Source: a virus
IMG/VR virus record: IMGVR_UViG_3300024346_000007
DNA: 64,000 nucleotides
Direction: 5' to 3' (one strand)
Made by a program: the position numbers and the translations under genes. This document shows, one piece after another, positions 1-9,050 of this stretch. The notes below the pieces were generated by a model. The model was given only the letters and a program-made list of their open reading frames with translations. It was not told the DNA's origin and did no database searches. How positions within the stretch are numbered: the stretch's first letter is position 1; each line of letters starts with the position of its first letter.

Positions 1-310
1 TTGTGCCTGTTTCGTAAACACTGTCGTTTACTAGTATCTTCTCTACTTGTAAGAGTCTGTTTTCTTCATTATACAGTTTTACATTAAAGCCGTAAAAACT
101 TTTACTGTTTATTATAGTGTCATTTATCTTTTCATTAAAAGGAACTACCCACCCATCAAATGATTTGTTTAATTGTACATCCCATATAAAATAAACACAG
201 TCTATGAGTAAGTCTGAGATTACTATTTTCCCTTTAATTTCAGTTTCTTGTAGATACTTTACAAGAATTGTAAAAGTTTCTTTTTTAAAATTGACATTTA
301 AGAACTTCAC
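1..310 (-). CDS. Partial CDS running off the window; N-terminus resembles the linker domain of the 853-aa GT/methyltransferase; probably part of the glycan-modification cluster
   Basis: GTG at 310-308 overlaps the TGA of the upstream gene (GTGA); the frame is open to the window edge (MKFLNVNFKKETFTILVKYLQETEIKGKIVISDLLIDCVYF...). Confidence 0.7.
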   Translation of the reverse strand, partial: MKFLNVNFKKETFTILVKYLQETEIKGKIVISDLLIDCVYFIWDVQLNKSFDGWVVPFNEKINDTIINSKSFYGFNVKLYNEENRLLQVEKILVNDSVYETGT

Positions 311-1137
311 TTGGATTGTAAATTTAAAATATAGTTTGTTGCTTCTTCCATTTGATCCTTTTCTTTAAACCCATGATATAATAAAATATCTTTGGAGTCA
401 TGTATATATTCCCAATCGGATCCAAACGCATCGTAGTTATTTCCTCCGTGTTGATTGGTCACTTTGTACTCTTCTACCTTTTTTACAGTCTCTAATCTAT
501 GAGTATTTACAAAAGCGAACCCAAGATTATTAGTAGCCCCTCTTTTCCAGAGACATATATTAAAAGAGGTCTCGTCTGCATAAGGGTAATATAAGGCTTG
601 TCTATCTAAGAGATACTTGTTATTACAAAAAGAGGTATATTCTTCAAAAAAATCTCTACAACTTTCATTAAAAGAATAGAAACAAGACCATAGATATCTT
701 TGGCTTCTTTGTTGAACGTTACAATAATTCATCAAAGCTTTTTCATCGTATATAATTTTACCTCCAGGGCCATCCCACCACATAAAAGGGTATTCAAATG
801 GACCATACGATGCTAAAGGGTAGTTATTTGAATGGGATACTTTATTAAATTCAAAGTTAGATGAAAATAAAACATCAGTATCTGTAAAAGCATACTCTTG
901 ATTTGGAAAAAGATCCATAGTATAGAGAGAAAGTTCTGCCTTATAATAATGAAATCTTGGGTATGTAGGATTTACAGGTATCTGTATTTTATATAATTTT
1001 TTAAAATTAAAATCACTTTTGAACCCTACAGTATAGTATACAATTTGATCATTATCTCCTAACTTATTTGTTAAAGATTTAATGCAACATATCGCTTGAT
1101 GTTCACACCCTTTATCACTGTATAGTATTAGTATCAT
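307..1137 (-). CDS. Putative GT-A fold glycosyltransferase (nucleotide-diphospho-sugar transferase-like)
   Basis: DxD motif after a hydrophobic strand (YAFTDTDVLF), later DET motif and LYHGFK. The start is probably ATG 1137, just after the upstream stop, rather than 1182. Confidence 0.6.
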   Translation of the reverse strand: MILILYSDKGCEHQAICCIKSLTNKLGDNDQIVYYTVGFKSDFNFKKLYKIQIPVNPTYPRFHYYKAELSLYTMDLFPNQEYAFTDTDVLFSSNFEFNKVSHSNNYPLASYGPFEYPFMWWDGPGGKIIYDEKALMNYCNVQQRSQRYLWSCFYSFNESCRDFFEEYTSFCNNKYLLDRQALYYPYADETSFNICLWKRGATNNLGFAFVNTHRLETVKKVEEYKVTNQHGGNNYDAFGSDWEYIHDSKDILLYHGFKEKDQMEEATNYILNLQSK

Positions 1138-1138
1138 A

Positions 1139-3700
1139 TTAATATGGTTTAAAAGTATACCACTGTTTCCAGTAAGGTTCATTTTTAGTTTCGTATAAAC
1201 TAAGATTGTTTTTGTTTATAAACTCGTTCACTGCTTTTCTAACTCCAAACTTTCCTGCATACTCTTGCTTGTCTCCTAATACCAACCAAATATCTCCATC
1301 ATCTGGTATATAATCATCTCCACAAAACAATCCACCTTTCTTTATCTTAGGCCACCAAGCCTTTAAATCTCTAACAACCCCTTCGTAAGAATGATCAGCA
1401 TCTATGTATATGAAATCAAAATGCTCATCTGGGAATAAGCTAGCTGCTTGCACGCTATCCATTCTTAGTATATGCGCTCTTTCTTGCCAAGGTTTTACAG
1501 ATTCACATGTTTTTACCAAACAATCATAATGATATGCATCATCTTGGCCATTCATGTCTATATAATCACTTAGATGTCTCCATGTATCAACCATGTATAG
1601 AGTACCCTTATGCCATCTTTCCAATATTAACTTTGAGTAGTCTCCTCTCAAAACACCAATTTCAACTCCCTTTCCTTCAGGAAATAAGTTGTTTACTATT
1701 ACTGCCAAATCTCTTTTATCTGGAGCTGGGGTTTTATCTAGGTAGTCTTTAAGTTTTATATTATCTAATGATTGTTTTACTTTTTCTTTTGTTGCAAATA
1801 TGAAGCCTCCTATAGAGTGCATATTTCTTACTGTCAGATTATACCCTGCTTTTTCTAATGTGTTTATCAGATTTTTAACGTCTACATCGTATGATTTTCC
1901 TGCTATTAGATGATATTCTACTAAGATATTATCTACTTTTTTAAAATCTTCTTCATCTAGAGAAGAGAATAAATCATATTCTCCAGTTTCAATATCGACT
2001 TTTAATAGATTTATTTTTTCTAAGTTGTATTCTTTTAGAAAAGTTTTAAGAGTTATAGATGATACAGTATAGGAGTTGTTTAAGTTTCCGTATTTAGCGG
2101 CTGAGGATATAGTTGAATTTTCTTCATCTACAAAAAACTCAAGATCTCCATCTATGTTTGACATAGCTTTGCTAATTATCTGTACTTCTGGTGAGTTTCC
2201 ATATGTATCGTTTAGAACTTTTAATGCTTTTAAATTTGGTTCTAAAGCATATATTTTTTTATAATTTGATACGCTTTTTACGTACTCTATCCAAATTCCT
2301 ATGTTGGCTCCTACGTCTACTATAGTATCAAAGTTCTTTTCTTTTAAATAATTGTCATATATTTTATCTATAAAAAATTCTACGTAATTTATATAGGTGG
2401 GTTCCTCTATGTTTTTAATTATCAACTTAGGTTTATCTACAAAGATTTCCTTTATTCTTATACTTTTACTAAATATAAGCGCACCTTTTTGATAGAACTC
2501 TACTAAAAGTCCTCCAAAAGTAGGATCCTTTTCAAAATCTAAATAACTTTTTGGAGAAGGTATAATCCAATACTCCATATCTTTATAAAAAAAATCATAT
2601 TTAGCAGCCCATATTACAGCATGGGAGTCTATATCTTTTATTGAAACTATAATACCTTCATAGGTTTCCTCAGATTTTAAATACACTTTATTATCTGCAC
2701 TATCATAATTTACATAGAAAGAAGCCATAGTATTTATTTTTAATGATTTTAATATGCCATTAATATTACTTTCCTTACTTTTAAAATCTAAGTATTTAAT
2801 ACTATCAAAGGTATCAAAATAATTCAAATATACATCAAGATTATAGATAAAAGATGGTATTTTCCAACTGATAGCTTCTCTTATTACTAGCGGCATGGTC
2901 TCTTTATCAGTGGCAAATCCCCTAGACGTGAACAGAAATAAATCAGCAGCCTCATAAAACTTATCAACATCACTTCTTTCTCCCCACCACTTGCAGTTTG
3001 GAGGAAAATTCTTCATTAAAGGCTCCCAATACGGTTTAAAATTGTCCGCCTGATTCCCAATAAAGTGAAATTGAATAGGGTAGTTTTCAAGCATCCTAGC
3101 ATATTCTATGACCTCTGCTTGATTCTTTCTAGGAGTGAATAGGCCCACCGTAATAACATGCTTTTTATTTGGATTTAACCCTAATTCAATCAATAGATCT
3201 TCCCTAGTTTTGGTCCTGGTTTTGTATTCTATAGGATATTCTACTAGTTCACATGGTATGTTAATAGCCTTGTATGCCTCTACTTGATACTGGCTAACCA
3301 TCATGAACTTATCTGGGAAGTGTTTTTTATTTTTAACCTCGTAACTAGAGTCGTGAGATGTCTCAATTATTCTATAAGTACGATCACCTGCATATAGTTT
3401 TTCAGCTATTTCATATCCCATAAACATCTCTGGGATCTCCTGAAGATGTATCAGATCAGGCTTTATGGTATTGATATGCGAGAACAACTTAGTCTTATCC
3501 TCACCTAAGGTTATCAACTTATCTCCTAATACCTCTAGGATTCTATTACGCTGTACTACAAGGACTCCGCCTGTTACGTTATCCCATTCGATACAATATA
3601 CGTCAAAGTCCTCTAAAACGGCTGTAATCTGTTTATAGAGGTATTGTGGCATCCCTCCGGTAGAGAGATGTGGAGCTATAAATAATAACTTTTGTTTCAT
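1139..3700 (-). CDS. Multidomain enzyme: GT4 (GT-B) glycosyltransferase + linker domain + FkbM-family methyltransferase + Methyltransf_24 class I methyltransferase
   Basis: HLSTGGMPQ, VGLFTPRKNQ, ETMPLVIREA (GT4); VDVGANIG...ALEP...LLKVDIETGE (FkbM); GVEIGV...FDFIYIDADHSYEGV...GGLFCGDDY (Methyltransf_24). Confidence 0.85.
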   Translation of the reverse strand: MKQKLLFIAPHLSTGGMPQYLYKQITAVLEDFDVYCIEWDNVTGGVLVVQRNRILEVLGDKLITLGEDKTKLFSHINTIKPDLIHLQEIPEMFMGYEIAEKLYAGDRTYRIIETSHDSSYEVKNKKHFPDKFMMVSQYQVEAYKAINIPCELVEYPIEYKTRTKTREDLLIELGLNPNKKHVITVGLFTPRKNQAEVIEYARMLENYPIQFHFIGNQADNFKPYWEPLMKNFPPNCKWWGERSDVDKFYEAADLFLFTSRGFATDKETMPLVIREAISWKIPSFIYNLDVYLNYFDTFDSIKYLDFKSKESNINGILKSLKINTMASFYVNYDSADNKVYLKSEETYEGIIVSIKDIDSHAVIWAAKYDFFYKDMEYWIIPSPKSYLDFEKDPTFGGLLVEFYQKGALIFSKSIRIKEIFVDKPKLIIKNIEEPTYINYVEFFIDKIYDNYLKEKNFDTIVDVGANIGIWIEYVKSVSNYKKIYALEPNLKALKVLNDTYGNSPEVQIISKAMSNIDGDLEFFVDEENSTISSAAKYGNLNNSYTVSSITLKTFLKEYNLEKINLLKVDIETGEYDLFSSLDEEDFKKVDNILVEYHLIAGKSYDVDVKNLINTLEKAGYNLTVRNMHSIGGFIFATKEKVKQSLDNIKLKDYLDKTPAPDKRDLAVIVNNLFPEGKGVEIGVLRGDYSKLILERWHKGTLYMVDTWRHLSDYIDMNGQDDAYHYDCLVKTCESVKPWQERAHILRMDSVQAASLFPDEHFDFIYIDADHSYEGVVRDLKAWWPKIKKGGLFCGDDYIPDDGDIWLVLGDKQEYAGKFGVRKAVNEFINKNNLSLYETKNEPYWKQWYTFKPY

Positions 3701-3718
3701 TAAAACCTATTTTAAGTG

Positions 3719-3726
3719 CAAAGATA
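3719..3726 (-). promoter_or_regulatory. Bacteroidota primary-sigma -7 element (TATCTTTG) upstream of glycosyltransferase cluster 2
   Basis: TATCTTTGCA on the minus strand in the short intergenic gap, 18 nt before ATG 3700; matches TAnnTTTG. Confidence 0.65.
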
Positions 3727-3743
3727 TGTAATTTATTTTATTA

Positions 3744-5075
3744 TTAACATAGACCGCTTCCACAAGTTAAAGCTCTATTAGTATTAGCATTAATAGTAAC
3801 AGAAGAAACGCAACTAGATCCAACACTAGCAGGACATGTAGCAGTAGTAGAGACACCGGTAGCGTACACAATAGTTTCGTCTGCCCCATCTGCAATACAG
3901 TAGTATATTGTAGTTCCCGGAGTAACCGTAGCTGTGTATTTAACAGTACAAGTAGATGTTAATCCTGATCCTCTTCTAGTCCAAGTACCGGCGTTTCCAG
4001 TTGGAGAAGTCCATATAGCCACAGCATCTAGTGGCGGATCTGTTGAAACAAATTTACCATATATGTTAATTGTGTATGTTAGTATTGTTGGCGTAGGGGT
4101 AGGAGTAGGGGTAGCTGTTGGTGTAGGTGTAGCAGTAGCTGGTAAAGGAGTAGGTGTAGGAGTAGGGGTAGCTGTTGCTGGTAAAGGTGTTGGTGTAGGA
4201 GTTGAAGCAGCACATATTGTAAGGTTTTGAACACCAACATTAGTAGTATATGTAAAGCCATATCTATTACCTCCAGCAAAGATAGTAAACCATCCACCTC
4301 CAGAAGTAAATTGTGTTGCTCTAGTAACATCGGTATACAGTATAGATCCATTTACAAAACTACTACCAGCAGTATAAACATTTTTAGGGAATGGTATAGA
4401 CTCAGCATAGAAACAAGCTGTTCCAAAATCACTCCATCCATTCCAAGTTCCAGTTCCATTATATCCAATGGTCCAAAGAACAGAGGCTACAGTAGGAGTA
4501 GGAGTAGGAGTAGCTGTTGCTGGTAAAGGAGTAGGAGTAGGTGTAGGTGTAGCAGTAGCTGGTAAAGGAGTAGGAGTAGGAGTAGCTGTTGCTGGTAAAG
4601 GAGTAGGAGTAGCTGTAGCTGGTAGTGGAGTAGGTGTAGCTGTAGCTGGTAAAGGAGTAGGTGTAGGCGTAGCAGTAGCTGGTAGTGGAGTAGGTGTAGG
4701 AGTAGGAGTAGCAGTAGCTGGTAGTGGTGTAGGCGTAGGCGTAGCTGTTGCTGGTAGTGGAGTAGGAGTAGCTGTTGCTGGTAAAGGAGTAGGAGTAGGT
4801 GTAGGTGTAGCAGTAGCTGGTAAAGGAGTAGGAGTAGCTGTTGCTGGTAGTGGAGTAGGTGTAGGCGTTGTTGGACAAACACAAGTATGACAATACCCGT
4901 ACCATTCACTGATAGCGTCTGGGTTAGTAGATACTGGCAAATATGGGCTGCATATATTCAGGGTGACATATCCACCATTAGTAGCAGTATCCAAAGAAAA
5001 TGGAGATTGCGCAGGTATTCCGAGTTCTACTCGTATATCATTCATCGACAATGTTCCACTTAATGGTAGTGCCAT
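3744..5075 (-). CDS. Pro/Thr-rich mucin-like virion (tail-fibre-associated) protein with Cys-rich globular modules
   Basis: N-terminus [19 protein letters not shown] is typical of small tail-fibre-associated proteins; two (PLPATAT)(PT)n arrays separate Cys-containing domains. Confidence 0.7.
   Translation of the reverse strand: MALPLSGTLSMNDIRVELGIPAQSPFSLDTATNGGYVTLNICSPYLPVSTNPDAISEWYGYCHTCVCPTTPTPTPLPATATPTPLPATATPTPTPTPLPATATPTPLPATATPTPTPLPATATPTPTPTPLPATATPTPTPLPATATPTPLPATATPTPLPATATPTPTPLPATATPTPTPTPLPATATPTPTPTVASVLWTIGYNGTGTWNGWSDFGTACFYAESIPFPKNVYTAGSSFVNGSILYTDVTRATQFTSGGGWFTIFAGGNRYGFTYTTNVGVQNLTICAASTPTPTPLPATATPTPTPTPLPATATPTPTATPTPTPTPTILTYTINIYGKFVSTDPPLDAVAIWTSPTGNAGTWTRRGSGLTSTCTVKYTATVTPGTTIYYCIADGADETIVYATGVSTTATCPASVGSSCVSSVTINANTNRALTCGSGLC
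4085..4875. repeat. Two coding tandem-repeat arrays encoding PLPATAT(PT)n (about 4085-4210 and 4490-4875)
   Basis: Repeated gtagcagtagctggtaaaggagtaggagta-type units. Confidence 0.9.
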
Positions 5076-5084
5076 ACTTTTTAC

Positions 5085-5261
5085 TTATATAGCCTCTGTT
5101 TTGTACTTTCTTTCTGTAGGATCTGCTGCTTCTAATTCAGCTGCTTTAGCTATTGCTTCTTGATCAGTATCGTATACATACTCTGGGTCTTCTGGGGTCA
5201 ATCTTGACACCCATATTTGATCTAGACCTGGTATAAACTGCATTATTACTTGATATCTCAT
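5085..5261 (-). CDS. Small hypothetical protein, 58 aa (missing from the ORF track)
   Basis: ATG 5261 to TAA 5085: MRYQVIMQFIPGLDQIWVSRLTPEDPEYVYDTDQEAIAKAAELEAADPTERKYKTEAI; fills the gap between co-oriented genes. Confidence 0.75.
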   Translation of the reverse strand: MRYQVIMQFIPGLDQIWVSRLTPEDPEYVYDTDQEAIAKAAELEAADPTERKYKTEAI

Positions 5262-5273
5262 AGTTTTATGTTT

Positions 5274-5612
5274 TTAAAGTTCGATTATAGGGGATGTCCA
5301 GGCCTCTGTGCTTAGTAGAGTTAGGATGTCTTCGTGGTTATATTCTTGGTAACTAGAGGAGTATATGGATGGTCTACCGTATATTCCAGCTTGTACTGTA
5401 TAGCTTCCAGTTTGGCCAGTTTCAGCATTATAATATGATTGAGTATAGCTTGCTGTTATTTCGTTTATCTCATACTTTACAAAGGTTTGTGTAGTATCTA
5501 TGCTATATCTAAGGCTTTCAGGGGAATATTCTATTACTTGGTTATAGTCAATAGATCCCGTAATTGTTGTCGGTATTACTAGCCATCTTCTATTTGGGAA
5601 TACTTCACTCAT
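5274..5612 (-). CDS. Hypothetical protein, 112 aa; possible tail-fibre assembly/accessory protein
   Basis: Co-oriented after the LamG genes; preceded by a TATTTATA motif. Confidence 0.6.
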   Translation of the reverse strand: MSEVFPNRRWLVIPTTITGSIDYNQVIEYSPESLRYSIDTTQTFVKYEINEITASYTQSYYNAETGQTGSYTVQAGIYGRPSIYSSSYQEYNHEDILTLLSTEAWTSPIIEL

Positions 5613-5615
5613 ATA

Positions 5616-5623
5616 TATAAATA
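5616..5623 (-). promoter_or_regulatory. Putative late-promoter motif TATTTATA
   Basis: Recurrent motif just upstream of start codons. Confidence 0.5.
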
Positions 5624-6835
5624 TTAAGTTAAACTAAAGCGAGTTTTGTAGTGATTGTAGTTTTGAGTTATTTCTGCTTGGGTAAGTGTTCTACTGTATA
5701 TTTTACCGACATATATGTTTCCGTCCATAAGATATGCCGGAGCCCATGGATATCTACCCACTTCAAAATTATTCCCTGTTCCTGTATACGCTGTTTGTGT
5801 TGATGTTACATCGTATACTCCGTTTACGTAGATTGTTTTTGAAGCTGTGGATTGGTTATATACCCAGTGTATTAAATAATACTTTCCAGCAGATAAAGTA
5901 ATAGTTCCTATTAGATCATTGTTATAAAAACCAAAATATGCTTTAGCTGTTCTTTCCCCTAAATGCAATCCATTAGAATTACTTGCAACCCCGTGTCCAA
6001 AAATAGCGTTATCAACACTGCCAGCTTTACTAACAGTATCAAATTTTACTACAGCTTCCATAGTCCACGAGCTACTATTTAAACTAGCATCAGTTACTCC
6101 ATTGGTTGATACATAATCATCAGTACCATCAAATACAATTTGTGCATTAGAATCAAAGGATACGCTAGTTAAATCTAAAGTCGCTGCTGGATTAGCTAAA
6201 TTTATCAAGCCTTGAGTAACTGATCTTGTACCATTTATAAATTGGGATATAGTAGTGCTATTTAGATCTTCTTTGAAAGGGCCAGCCCAATATATAGTAA
6301 TGGGAACATTTATAGTAGCTCCAGAAGGATTAATAGCCCAATACTTACCGTCAGTTCTTGTTACTGTATCATACCAAAGAACCTTAGCTCTAAACCACCC
6401 ATCTCCCATACTTTCGTATTGATCACTACTCTGCCAACCAGCAATGTTTGAATAGTTAGTAAATATAGGACTACTAAACATCGGGCCTACGGGTTTAAAA
6501 AAAATAGTATGCCCAGTATATCTGTTGGCTATACCTCCACCTCCGGTAGTTACTACTCCAATTCCTGGATTGTTACCATTGGTTAGGTAGGATACCCCTG
6601 TACTAGTTGTAGGGGTTATTACTTCTTTCCATATAGAGGCTCCTTTATAAGAATCGGATGTTTGAGTTAAGGTTATACTAACATCTCCACCTACGTTATT
6701 ATATATACTTATACCAGCATTTGCTATTAGATTATCAGTAGGTCTTCCTTTATAGCTATTTATTTTATCACCAGTATCATACGCAAATATGAGATTATTT
6801 GTTGTTACTTTACTGTATCCTTGTTGTCCTCCCAT
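5624..6835 (-). CDS. LamG / concanavalin A-like lectin domain virion protein
   Basis: LIFAYDTGD...SY N-terminus; FDGTDDYV, WTMEAVVKF, IYVNG, IYSRTLTQAEITQNY. Confidence 0.8.
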   Translation of the reverse strand: MGGQQGYSKVTTNNLIFAYDTGDKINSYKGRPTDNLIANAGISIYNNVGGDVSITLTQTSDSYKGASIWKEVITPTTSTGVSYLTNGNNPGIGVVTTGGGGIANRYTGHTIFFKPVGPMFSSPIFTNYSNIAGWQSSDQYESMGDGWFRAKVLWYDTVTRTDGKYWAINPSGATINVPITIYWAGPFKEDLNSTTISQFINGTRSVTQGLINLANPAATLDLTSVSFDSNAQIVFDGTDDYVSTNGVTDASLNSSSWTMEAVVKFDTVSKAGSVDNAIFGHGVASNSNGLHLGERTAKAYFGFYNNDLIGTITLSAGKYYLIHWVYNQSTASKTIYVNGVYDVTSTQTAYTGTGNNFEVGRYPWAPAYLMDGNIYVGKIYSRTLTQAEITQNYNHYKTRFSLT

Positions 6836-6836
6836 A

Positions 6837-8348
6837 TTAACTTAAATTAAAACGTGATTTATATGCGCGGTAGTTATTTGCTATTTCTGATTGGGTTAGA
6901 GCTCTGTTATATACTTTAACTACAGATATTTGTCCTCCCCATCTTTCACCATCTCCAACCCCATGAGCTCCTATTCTTAAGAATTCCCAATTTGTTATAT
7001 CAGAACAGACTGTATTGACCGTTTGAGATACTCCATTAACGGAATATATGATGGATCCTCCATTATAAGAAGCAACAACATGGTTCCATTGGTTTGCAGG
7101 TACAGTTAATGATCCTCCTCCACATGGCCAAAAGCCTAAAGTGTTATTAGGGTATATATATAAAGCATCATCTGAATTGAGGTTGCTTTGGACTATAGCT
7201 CTATATCCGCCATTATTTCTAGTATCATATACAATAGCTTCTATAGTCACATTTGATATGGTTTGTGCTGAGAAGGAAGTATTTATATAGTCATTTGTTG
7301 CATCAAATGTTATTTGGCTATTGGAATCAAAAGATACATTAGTAACGTCTATTGTTTTTCCAGTTACACTTAAATCCAATAAAGAATTTGTTACAGATCT
7401 AGTACCAGCTACAAATGTAGTTCTATGGGAATTTTGTTCTACTTGTATATTTGATATATCAACATCCATATTTGCAGCAGATGGAAACCAATATGAAATT
7501 AAAGCATTATGTGTTGCAGTAAATGTGTAGCTATTTCTTACCCACTCTCCCAAGGCTCCCCAAGTAGCATTCATACTATAATAACTATACCCTTCAGGGC
7601 CACTATAGTTATAATTTTGAAATTGTATATAGTTTCCTACTGCAGCAGCGTTGGCTGCCCTAGCCCAAAAGGATACCGTTGTGGTTGTTGATGGAGTTGT
7701 TGTAGCATCTACTCCATAAGCCATTCCATCAGTTACACCATCTGGTCTATGCCAATGTAATCTTACACAATCAGTTACAATTGCAGTATAGGGATCTTTA
7801 AATCCATTTGAAATTATTTCTTTAACTAACCCCGAATTAGGTACATGGGGAGGGCCCCACCACATAGTAGGAAAACTTGTAGAATTTATAGAAACTCTTG
7901 TATCAGTAGCTATGCTATCGTACACTTTAAAGGTTCCAGTAGATGTACTTATATACCCTTGAGAACCATCTTGGGAACCATTATATTCATGTAAACTAAA
8001 TTGAGTGTCAGATATTTTTTTAACAAAATAATTTGTTCCATTAGTAACACCGCCTCCAGTAGTCTGAGGTGTAACAGCGTCATATGTTCTTAAAGGGTGC
8101 GTTCCTGCTGTTGTTACGACATTGCTACTTACACTAGAGATTGTTCCTATACTAAAATAATTACCTCCGTTATATTGATTAACATTAAAAGTTCCCCAAC
8201 CATTTCCTATTTTAGGAATAGCATTAGTTTCTGGTGTTGGGAGAAGATTAGTAGTCGGCTCTCCTATATAGGAATTCCTTATATCTGCTACATCATAAGC
8301 AAATATTAGTGAGTCATTAACTGTATTAGGTCCTGATGATGATGGCAT
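6837..8348 (-). CDS. LamG / ConA-like lectin protein with inserted carbohydrate-binding-like domains
   Basis: LIFAYDVAD...SY; TVSFWARA...WVRNSYTFTA (CBM-like); FDATNDYI...WNHVVASY...VYNRALTQSEIANNY. Confidence 0.8.
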   Translation of the reverse strand: MPSSSGPNTVNDSLIFAYDVADIRNSYIGEPTTNLLPTPETNAIPKIGNGWGTFNVNQYNGGNYFSIGTISSVSSNVVTTAGTHPLRTYDAVTPQTTGGGVTNGTNYFVKKISDTQFSLHEYNGSQDGSQGYISTSTGTFKVYDSIATDTRVSINSTSFPTMWWGPPHVPNSGLVKEIISNGFKDPYTAIVTDCVRLHWHRPDGVTDGMAYGVDATTTPSTTTTVSFWARAANAAAVGNYIQFQNYNYSGPEGYSYYSMNATWGALGEWVRNSYTFTATHNALISYWFPSAANMDVDISNIQVEQNSHRTTFVAGTRSVTNSLLDLSVTGKTIDVTNVSFDSNSQITFDATNDYINTSFSAQTISNVTIEAIVYDTRNNGGYRAIVQSNLNSDDALYIYPNNTLGFWPCGGGSLTVPANQWNHVVASYNGGSIIYSVNGVSQTVNTVCSDITNWEFLRIGAHGVGDGERWGGQISVVKVYNRALTQSEIANNYRAYKSRFNLS

Positions 8349-8349
8349 G

Positions 8350-9045
8350 TTATATGAATCGTGTTTTAGTTGCGTTGTAGTTTTGCAATATCTCTTTACT
8401 TGTTAAGACTCGATTATATATGTGGCAGGCTGCTGTGTATCCGCTTGTAAATATTGTATTACTAATACTACCTAAACACCAACCATTTGATGATGATCTT
8501 AAAATTGTTCTTCCTGCAACTGATGTTGTTGTATTTTCAAAAACACCATTTACATACACTTGAAGTGATACACCAGCAGTCCAAACACCTGTAATATAAT
8601 ACCATTTATTAAGTGCTAATACTGATGTTGAGTCAACGCTTATTCCAACTGTTGATGGAGAGGTTGGAACGACTCCAATAATTGCATATCCAGTGTCTCT
8701 TACTGCATTAAATAAACTCCATCCATTACCAAACCCATCTCTTCCTCTTGATAAAATATATTTAATTTCAGAATAATTATCATTTTTAAACCAAACAGAA
8801 AATGTATAATTATCAGTTGCACTTCCAAAATAGGTAGTTGTAACAACATCGTCACTTCCATCAGTAAAAATAGAACCCCAATTACCAGAATTAAACGTAG
8901 GTCCGTTTGTTAGAGTTCCTAAATTACTATTGCCACTAATATCATACCATGTAGTACCGCTTCCTGGGTAGGACTTCTTATCGGCAGCATCTAATAATAA
9001 TACTAACCCATTTCTAACGATAGTAGGTCCATATATTTCAGCCAT
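8350..9045 (-). CDS. Single-domain LamG / ConA-like lectin protein
   Basis: GLVLLLDAADKKSYPGSGTTWYDISG, FSVWFK, WYYITGVW, YVNG, IYNRVLTSKEILQNY. Confidence 0.85.
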   Translation of the reverse strand: MAEIYGPTIVRNGLVLLLDAADKKSYPGSGTTWYDISGNSNLGTLTNGPTFNSGNWGSIFTDGSDDVVTTTYFGSATDNYTFSVWFKNDNYSEIKYILSRGRDGFGNGWSLFNAVRDTGYAIIGVVPTSPSTVGISVDSTSVLALNKWYYITGVWTAGVSLQVYVNGVFENTTTSVAGRTILRSSSNGWCLGSISNTIFTSGYTAACHIYNRVLTSKEILQNYNATKTRFI

Positions 9046-9050
9046 ATAAC

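Noticed and set aside
1138-1182. ORF-track start at 1182 for the GT-A gene
   Set aside because: It would overlap the upstream gene by 44 nt; ATG 1137 directly after the upstream stop fits the coupling seen elsewhere
3934-4909. Overlapping V/G/A-rich, Y/S-rich and L/Q-rich ORFs (likewise 46668..47720)
   Set aside because: Shadow frames of the Pro/Thr repeat arrays
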